The position numbers and the translations under genes are program-made. Positions 12,232-20,195 of a DNA stretch of 64,000 nucleotides are shown piece by piece (position 1 is the first letter of the stretch; every line of letters begins with the position of its first letter). The stretch spans positions 9,300,001-9,364,000 of the forward strand of contig CM120640.1 in NCBI GenBank assembly GCA_051362555.1, given 5' to 3'. Origin of the DNA: Lingula anatina (lineage: Eukaryota; Animalia; Brachiopoda). Below the pieces are notes generated by a model that saw only the letters and a list, made by a program, of their open reading frames with translations, did not search any database and was not told where the DNA came from.

Positions 12232-14496
12232 CTAATCCAGATCATATATCATATCACCCAGAAGAGTTTGAACTAAATCCAATACTTCCTCTTGTTGAGC
12301 ATTGGCAGATTCACTATTGCACCCAGTTTGGCATCCACTTGACTGAGCACCTGGCTCCGGCTCACCATCTTTGTGTGGGATAACTTCTTCCTCGACTTCT
12401 TCCTGTTCGTCTGGTCCAATTAGTGACAATACTAATGCCTTACACTCATCTCTCTTTTCTTCCGCTAATGCATAATTTGGCTTACATGTCAGCGCCATAT
12501 TAAAGGCAGCTTCTGCTTTCTTATAACCATCCTTGTCAGCCAGCCTCATGTAACTGTATCCAAGAAGATTAAATGAAATGGCAATTTCTTCAACATCTGT
12601 AATCTTCTCTCTAAGGATTCCATGGACACAATCATGGAACTCTTTAAGGGTTGCCAAGGCAGGTTCATCTTCTCCTATTTGCAGGTAAGCCTTGATGAGC
12701 ATGTAAAAAGCATACATAACAGACAATACTGTTACACTGTTTGTTTCAGAGGCCTGGATCTCTAACTGGAGGTTTTCATCAACATTTCCCACCTCTGCAC
12801 TGTCATATGCGTTTCCAGATTGTGGCCTTTCCTTTTCTGCTTCAATAATCCTCAGCAGATCCGGAATGGCATCAACATACTGTCCTCTGGCATTGCAGAG
12901 GAAGTTGCAGTAGTCCATTCTAGTGGCACCAGAGGCTTCTGGACAGGCTAAGGCTAGACCAAACTGCTCTTCTGCTTTCTTTAACATCTTCTCTCTTTTT
13001 TCTGATCCAGCAGGTGACCTGTTTGCCAGACTGTGATACATACAACCAAGGTTCCCCAAAAGACTATACATGTGCTTGTTGTCCGGAAATTCTCGTTTGC
13101 TGAGTTCCATTAACTGTATGCAAAGGTTTAGGTCTTCTCCAACACGCTGATGTGCACTTGAGAAAAGATCCAAAACACGGAGTCTTCCCTGCAAAAACAC
13201 TGAAGCAATAAACTGGTAGGCATGCAACACTTCCTTATCCTTGGTTTCTTTTAAGAAACAAGCTGCTAATTTGTCTGCAAATGGCAGGAAAGCCTTTACT
13301 GTAGACCTACTCTGATCCTCATGCAGCTCCTGTATGTCTTCTAGAAGTGGTTTGGATAAAGTCTTCCACTCTTCTGAGGGTGAGAACGAAAATCTGTAGA
13401 TGCTAGCAAAGTTCAGCAAATGTGTCAGAGGATCCTGCCGCAATCGGCTGATCTTATCCATCAGATGAAACTCAAAATCTTCAGGAATAAAATCAATGGT
13501 GTTATACTCTGGAATGAAATAATCTGACAACTCTCCTTCTATCACAGCATACAGTAGCTTATCAATCAGGGCCAGGAATATGGTCGCTATGTTGAGACCC
13601 GCCCACTCCTCTTGTGGAATCTTCTCACACTCCCACAGAAACAGGGTTAGCAGGTGGTCAGGGGTGATGAAAGTGGGCAGGTCCAGGTAGTCATAGTACA
13701 ACATTTTGAAGAGCAGGAAACAATGGCGCTGACTTGGTGTGAATGTCTGTGCCAGCTTCTTCTGTGCAGAAGCAAATGAAAATCCCCACTCAATTTCTTT
13801 GTTTTTGCTGCTAGGATGGGCACCTGGGATTACATGGCAGCCACTCTTCACAATTTCTTCTACCAGATCTTGTGATGGCCATTTTGACTTTCTTTGTCGC
13901 TTCCTCCATGCTTCTGCTTCTGAAGGCCACTCAGGACAAGGGAATGCAATCGTCTGGCGATTAAGAATCTGCTGTAGATCCAGCTCAGTATGGTCTGAAT
14001 ATACAAGGCACTGCTTATCTTGAGAGACATGGGAGTTGATACGCATGTCAGATATCTTCTCTGCGGACACAAAATGATTGCCTGCTACTGGTGCCGTGAA
14101 TCTGTCTGGATCCAGCTTGGTTAACCTCACAAAACCAGGATGTACTCCATTGTTCTGGAAATGAGCATAGAGCTGTCTGTCGCCACCTTCTTTCCCAACG
14201 GAACGATCATTCAACACCACCAACGACAGGGGTGAGGATGGGTTATCAATAAACACTTTACCATCTGATCTGCGGCAGAGGGTTGGAAAGATTATCCCTT
14301 CAAATGCATTGCCAATCAACTCCAATGAGCTGTCTGTTGTCTTAGTGCTGATCAACTCTTGTACCTGTGCTTCCAGGTGTGGATTTGGCTTCAGGTGTGC
14401 TGGGGGTAGGATGCTGTGCATGATTAAAGACAGGTGCTGCAGAGGGACAGTCGCAGTCCAGTCCCAATCAAGAGTGTTTTTTAGTTGTTCACTCAT
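12232..14496 (-). CDS. Mab-21/cGAS-like receptor (cGLR) fold protein with C-terminal TPR-like repeats, 754 aa, single coding exon; predicted catalytically inactive
   Basis: Uninterrupted ORF. Invertebrate cGLR scaffold motifs: HPGFVRL, CPEWPSEAEAWRKRQRKSKWPS..LVEEIVKSGCHVIP, EWGFSF..A.KKL, Q..CF.LFK, LFLWECE, YFIPEYN. TPR-like helices at aa about 476-688 (LGNLGCMY, KKAEEQFGLAL, FNLLGYSY..YKKAEAAFNMAL..KPNY). An acceptor (TTTTTCAG) lies 21 nt upstream of the ATG, and a probable 5'UTR donor GTATGT at 15231. Confidence 0.88.
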   Translation of the reverse strand: MSEQLKNTLDWDWTATVPLQHLSLIMHSILPPAHLKPNPHLEAQVQELISTKTTDSSLELIGNAFEGIIFPTLCRRSDGKVFIDNPSSPLSLVVLNDRSVGKEGGDRQLYAHFQNNGVHPGFVRLTKLDPDRFTAPVAGNHFVSAEKISDMRINSHVSQDKQCLVYSDHTELDLQQILNRQTIAFPCPEWPSEAEAWRKRQRKSKWPSQDLVEEIVKSGCHVIPGAHPSSKNKEIEWGFSFASAQKKLAQTFTPSQRHCFLLFKMLYYDYLDLPTFITPDHLLTLFLWECEKIPQEEWAGLNIATIFLALIDKLLYAVIEGELSDYFIPEYNTIDFIPEDFEFHLMDKISRLRQDPLTHLLNFASIYRFSFSPSEEWKTLSKPLLEDIQELHEDQSRSTVKAFLPFADKLAACFLKETKDKEVLHAYQFIASVFLQGRLRVLDLFSSAHQRVGEDLNLCIQLMELSKREFPDNKHMYSLLGNLGCMYHSLANRSPAGSEKREKMLKKAEEQFGLALACPEASGATRMDYCNFLCNARGQYVDAIPDLLRIIEAEKERPQSGNAYDSAEVGNVDENLQLEIQASETNSVTVLSVMYAFYMLIKAYLQIGEDEPALATLKEFHDCVHGILREKITDVEEIAISFNLLGYSYMRLADKDGYKKAEAAFNMALTCKPNYALAEEKRDECKALVLSLIGPDEQEEVEEEVIPHKDGEPEPGAQSSGCQTGCNSESANAQQEEVLDLVQTLLGDMIYDLD

Positions 14497-14536
14497 ACTA
14501 ACAGCTTGTTATTTAATCTGAAAAATACATATTTTA

Positions 14537-14580
14537 CACTGGGTTAATCATGAGTCTCAACTACAAAACAACCACTACAA

Positions 14581-14625
<45 letters not shown>

Positions 14626-14739
14626 CTGTACCCGGTGTAACGTTTTTTTTTTTTTTGTAGTGGTTGTATTGTAGTTGAGATTTTCATTTGCTTCTGCACT
14701 GAGTTAATCATGAGTCTCAACTACAATACAACCACTACA

Positions 14740-14798
<59 letters not shown>

Positions 14799-14816
14799 CT
14801 GTACCCGGTGTAACGT
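14537..14816. repeat. Local direct duplication (14537..14643 / 14697..14816) containing (AT)n, with an inverted 38-bp copy between the two (14643..14680)
   Basis: Direct comparison of the sequence: cactg.gttaatcatgagtctcaactacaa.acaaccactaca(A)n(AT)n aatttctgtacccggtgtaacgt occurs twice. The intervening (T)n gtagtggttgtattgtagttgaga is its reverse complement. Confidence 0.9.
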
Positions 14817-14959
14817 GGCAGAGAGTCCCCCATGATAAAGTCTGCTTCCCATTCATTTGTACAGGTCAGCCTCGCCTTAGACTTTGACCAGCTTAGGGCA
14901 GGCTAATCTTTAACTATTATATGGAGGGCGGACCTTATGTTACAGTTTCGTTACACCGG
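14804..14959. mobile_element. MITE, about 156 bp
   Basis: TIRs (c)CCGGTGTAACG ... CGTTACACCGG with TA on both flanks. Confidence 0.65.
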
Positions 14960-15111
14960 TATTCAGATACTGTGTTCCCTGCAGTCATTGTGCATGTTTA
15001 TTTTATAATCAACCAACTGTAGAGACTGTGCAATTCAATATACTAACATATACAGCACAATTCATAATAATAGACATTTGACCACGAAATTTGGTTTTCT
15101 TTTACCAAGCT

Positions 15112-15162
15112 GAAAGTGAAACTATAAACTTATAATGTTCACAATATTAGTGAAGTGAAACC
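15112..15162 (+). promoter_or_regulatory. ISRE/IRF-element-like motifs
   Basis: GAAAGTGAAACT (15112..15123) matches the GAAANNGAAACT consensus. A second partial site GAAGTGAAACC is at 15152..15162. Motif match only. Confidence 0.4.
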
Positions 15163-15179
15163 AATTTTAAAAGTGCAAT

Positions 15180-15800
15180 ACTGCCGTGTAAATTATAAGT
15201 GAATAATAATGAATAAAACAGCGAAACATACCCAACAAAACTACAAGTCATTTAACTGACAGTAAATTGTTCATCTACGTTTCTCATCTAAACCTCGGCA
15301 AGTCGTCTCTTCCGTATCAGAGAGCGAAGGAGAATTCCAGTCATGTGACTTTATAATCAAAAGGGCAGCACAGGGCTACATGTATTTTACTGAGTAAATC
15401 TAAAACAAAATCTGCTTTAAAAATAAACTCGTAAATTCATGAATCCTTACAAGTAATAAGTAAAAAAAGAACAAAGAGCAAAGCTATTTCCATCTTCACC
15501 TCAGCCCTAAAATGACCTTTTAGCAATGCATTGTGGGCCATGTATAAAAAGAAAACTCAGTTGACACTCAAGAAATGAACTGGGTCACGGCGTTTGAAAG
15601 ATGCTTGTGACTCATAATCACAACTTGTAAGAATTTTGTACATTGTGTACGGTGTGTTGTACATTGCATGGCAGTAGACCATGGCACTATTCCTCGTGAT
15701 GTTGACTCCTTATTGTTCAGAAGAGACAACGAAATTTTGCCAGTAGAAGTCTCTCGCGCTGGAGTAATGTGCAAGCATGTTTGGCTATGGCCATTAACTA
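15180..15800. promoter_or_regulatory. Putative bidirectional promoter shared by the cGLR-TPR gene and cystinosin
   Basis: Lies between divergent start codons (14496 minus, 15898 plus) and retains CpG locally. Contains kB-like GGAGAATTCC (15329..15338), M-box/CLEAR-like AGTCATGTGACT (15339..15350) and ZNF143/Staf-like CCCACAATGCATTG on the minus strand (15524..15537). Confidence 0.6.
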
Positions 15801-15897
15801 GTATTAGTCGATACTTCCAAGGAATTCTTTGATACCTCCAGGCTCCAGCCTCTTGGTTCTTTGCTCACAGAACAACAGAGAAGTTCCATATACTGTG

Positions 15898-18800
15898 ATG
15901 GCGAATTTAGTAGATTTGCAATGCAGTTTGGTTGTGATAGCCACTTGCATTGTTGGTATACACTGCTGGCATACAGGTAATTTTGTGTTGTTGTCCATCC
16001 TTCCACACGTACAGCACTCACGACAAACGACATGTGTAGGTTTGAAATTTGTCCAGTCCACTTGCATTGCTTGTATACACTGCTTGCGCAAGTAGTTTTA
16101 GAATTGTGCATATCTAAATTGATACACAAGCTGTTTCGTATTCTTCACGTTCCTCAAATTAACATGAAATCATGTTGCTACTGTACAATACATGTATTTA
16201 GTGAATCACAATTGTCTATGTTGCAGGTCCTGTTAGGAAACCTATTGCTTTGACATTCTCTGAAGGGAAGGTGCAGCTGGAGGTCCATTCATCTGAAAAA
16301 GTTTACCTGAACCTCAGGTGTGAGACCCTTACAGTATTCTTTTGCCAACATGTTAAATTTTTTAAAAGATATTTTTTGGAAGTAAATTGCTATTATCTTA
16401 CTTTTTTTTCATGGAAAAGAAAAGAAGACCAAATTCTTGGGAAGTTTTGAAAAAATATTAATATTTTTCCAAACATTTTGTACTGTTTTCTTGATGGTTG
16501 GTACATGTACTTATTACAGCACTCTTTTATTGTTTTTTGTAGATTTTTTAAACATATTGCTCTACTAATTCCAGTGAACCTGCTCATAGAGACTTTCAGA
16601 TATATTTCACATATCTGGAGGATAAACAGCCTTTGGAATACCAGTCAGTTGAAATAATCAAGCCTTTAAGTAATATCACATTCATTGCCAACATATCTGA
16701 GGCCAAACAGCTGAATATCACTGGAGTTAACCCAGGGAAGTTGGTTCTAGGGATAAGAAGTCTAGATGTTAGGTAAGCATTTAACTGTATGAAATAACAG
16801 GTAGTAAAGTTTTACATTACATTTGTGTAATAATGCATAACTGATACAATGTACAGCTGTACATGTTAAAGTCTCTAATTCAATTTAATGCCAAGTGTAT
16901 GCTTGTCTAGGGATGGCAGGGCCTCTCCCCCCTCCCTCCTGCTTTATATGTTTAGTCTTTGTGTTACTTTATTTCCAGTGTCACATCCCAGGGCATCCAC
17001 ATCTCAGTGGTATATTCAAAATACCTTGTGATAATCAATCAAGTCATAGGCTGGCTTTACTTTGCCTCTTGGTCCATATCATTCTACACCCAGATCTACA
17101 CTAACTGGAGGAGAAAAAGGTAGTCTGTCAGGCTTATCTTTGGAGTAGATTTATTAAGTTAACAAATGAATTAATTAATTCTGTTTGTGGTGAAAAAGTA
17201 AGTAATTTCTAAAGAGACTAAATGTTTTTCACATGACTGACATATGGATGTGAGCTTTGGAAGTTAAGATGTCATTGTAGATGAGAGGCTGAAATACCTT
17301 GCCTTATAGGTGAAAAACACCTTTTGCTTCTTTAGAAACTACTGGTGTTTCCTTCTTTGCCAACATTACACGAGAGACAATGAAAAATCTATTTCACGAA
17401 ATTCTGTTAACTACGTGCTACCTGAATTATTTTGGCCTTTTGTTAATTGTTAATTGTGCAATGTTTTATCATCTGAATAGGTGAACATACAAGATTTAAT
17501 TGGCTGAAATTTGGACTCAGTTGTTGATTAAAAATAAGAATATTTACCACATGTGCAAGCAGTTCTGACATGCTTTGTTTCTTTTTCAGTGTTGTAGGTT
17601 TCAGTTTTGACTTCCTGGCATACAACTTCATTGGGCATCTCTCCTATCTGTTCTTCAATGTTTGTGTCTACTGGGATGCTAATGTACAGGTGAGCAGCTT
17701 ATTTTGCATCCTGACTGAATCTTTGATGCTGTTTACCTATTTTGTACAGAGAAGCTGTAAAAACATTTTTGCAGAATAGTAACATGGTAATTACATTCAT
17801 TGAATTATTTGAAGTACTTGGTCATTTCGACCTTACCGAATACACTTTTTCTTTAATCAAATTAAGTATTTGTCCAGTCAGCAAACTCAGCAGAGTTGTT
17901 TATTGAAATTTAAGGTGCAACAAAGAATCTGTTTGAAACACAAATTTCTAAATATGTTTTTCTGTTACCTCCATTTTTCTGTGTGTGTCTATGGTTGAAT
18001 TTCCAGTCAATCTTGATGGCATAAGTACCCTCTACCAGGGCGAGTGATAGATTTTTTTACAGATATTCACAGATATGTCTCTAGCTAGATAGATAGTCAT
18101 TTACAGCTGAACTCACCCTGTTGAGGAATCTCAAGGCTGATTACATGGCTGATAATCGTTTGCATAACTGCTCAGGCACTGCCACTTAGCAGGTCCAGTC
18201 TAAGTCTGCGTGACAGCAATCAAGACAGTTAATTACTCTGACTTCAATCACTTGCTCTTCTGTGACAGATAAAAAAGCCTTAGACTGGTTGCGTAAGGAG
18301 CAGTTATCACATGGTTGTGAAGCGAAGCTCATGCAGAGCAAGTACAAAGTCTTTGGCGCGCGGGCAGAGATAATTGCTCCCACATGGGATTCCTCAACAG
18401 GGTGGGTTTAGCTGAAAATGACCATCTATCTAGCTAGAGACATATCTGTGAATATCTGTAAAAAATCTATCACTCACCCTGGTAGAGGGTAATGGCATAA
18501 CTTAGTACGTCGTTTCTCAGCTGATTGAACAGATTCGTGCCATGTATCTCACTCACTTTACTAAAATTATAATGGCAGTAGGCAGGACAACAGAGAGGTT
18601 GGATGGGCATCTTACAGAACATAGTTATTCAATTGCAATCACATGGTATGGTGAAATTTTCTATATTAAGTTAAGGTGTCACAAATGGTCTGGAAATTGG
18701 ACTAATTTTGTTTATTTATTTCAGTCAGAGTATTTTGTTAGCCACCCTAGAGGAGAGATACCAGTGCAGGACAATGATGTTGCCTTCTCCATCCATGCTG

Positions 18801-20195
18801 TGACTTTGACTTCACTGCAAATTGTACAGTGTCTCATATATGAGGTACAACATAGTGATGGGAATATGACACAAACTGTACAGGGGCTGTCATTTGAACA
18901 TTTACTCAGCAGGACTGTAAATTTATGCTAACATTTTCCATCTGTCGCAGGATCTATAATTGTTTTAATATATTTAAATGTATCATTTTCTCAGGCAGAG
19001 ATATATGTATTAAAAATTAGTACATGATTGGTCTCCTTACATGTACAGGTAGTCAGATGTATATTATACTGTACTGTTAAAAGATGGAATTGTAAGCTGC
19101 ACTGTTCATGCTCATTACATGACATTTGATGTAATTTTGAAAGAAATAAAACAAATGTGTCTTATAAGAGATAGGAAACAAATTGACCTAAATGCAGTGA
19201 TTTTCTATTTTCAGCGGGGTGGTCAGAGAGTCTCCTGGCTGTGTGTTGGACTAGTAACCGGCAGTATTCTGTTCTCTATAGGTGGTCTAGTTCTTAGTAT
19301 TACCAGTGTCATACAATGGCTGACTTATCTGTATTTCTTCTCTTATATCAAGATTGGAGTTAATCTGATCAAGTCTGTCCCACAGGTAATGTTTCATTGC
19401 CAGATTGTTGTTTTTTTTTCTTTTTTATATAGATTTTTTGAGTTTTCAAGTTTTAGTTCACTGGCTTGTAAGATTCATTGACTTAATTGATTTGGCATAA
19501 GTACCATTAGTGCTCAGTACAAAACTCTTGTTGAAAGACAACTTCAAGGTAAGGATTTGTAGTCTCATCTACTTTCTCTTTTATAGAGATAAATTTCATT
19601 CGATTTTCAATGCATGCTGCTCACAGACTTCTTTAGGCATCTTTCATGAGGATTTTGATGATTTTTGTTTCCTTTATTACAGGCTGTACTAAACTACAGG
19701 AGGAAGAGCTGTGAGGGGTTCAACATATTTTCAGTGTGGTTTGACATAATAGGTGGAGTTCTCAGTATTCTACAGATGGTTATGGTGTCATTTAACAATG
19801 GTATGTTAGAGCATGTCATTGCAGGAAGATAGTACTGCAGCAGTCAAATCTTGATTAATTTGTCCTCTTTGTGGTTAAAGAAAAAAGTAGTTGGTTAAAT
19901 GAAGATAATGAGTGAGTAGAAAATGCTGGTTATGCATTTCTCACACAATTTCAACTCAATTTCTTAATCCACCAAATTTATTTGATGACTGACAAATTAC
20001 TTGTCTCTTTCAGATGATTGGGATGAAATATTTGCAGATCCTACAAAGTTTGGTCTTGGGTTGTTGACAATCATCTTTGACATGATCTTCATAGTACAGC
20101 GATATATTCTGTACAGAAACAGTGTTCCCTATGTTGTGATCAATGACAATACACCCCCAGTAGTGAAAGAAGGGAAAGCAGTTGAGCCGCTCTGA
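15898..20195 (+). CDS. CTNS: Cystinosin (lysosomal cystine/H+ symporter, PQ-loop family), about 399 aa
   Basis: Exons: 15898..15976, 16227..16317, 16575..16772, 16979..17119, 17590..17689, 18725..18844, 19215..19385, 19683..19800, 20014..20195; total 1200 nt, in frame. Signal-peptide-like N-terminus and a lumenal domain with NxS/T sites. Motifs: GWLYFASWSISFY.Q..NWRRKSVVG.SFDF, NDVAFSIHA, YERGGQRVS, FSYIK, DPTKFGLG. Exon 1 is the least certain. Confidence 0.93.
18028..18489. mobile_element. MITE/foldback element with about 110-bp TIRs in a CTNS intron
   Basis: CCCTCTACCAGGG..GATATTCACAGATATGTCTCTAGCTAGATAGAT..CCCTGTTGAGGAATC (18028..18131) is nearly perfectly inverted at 18385..18489, with TA on both flanks. 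Shorter related sequences start at about 3115 and 50011. Confidence 0.85.

Noticed and set aside
12232-14496. Intronless ORF as a horizontally acquired bacterial CD-NTase (CBASS) or a processed pseudogene
   Set aside because: The motifs match animal Mab-21/cGLR proteins. It has a spliceosomal 5'UTR acceptor and host-like CpG depletion, with no frameshifts, stops or poly(A) scar. Single-exon coding regions are common in invertebrate cGLRs.
13739-14521. Antisense and alternate-frame ORFs over the cGLR gene
   Set aside because: Short shadows of the long coding ORF with no recognisable motifs.
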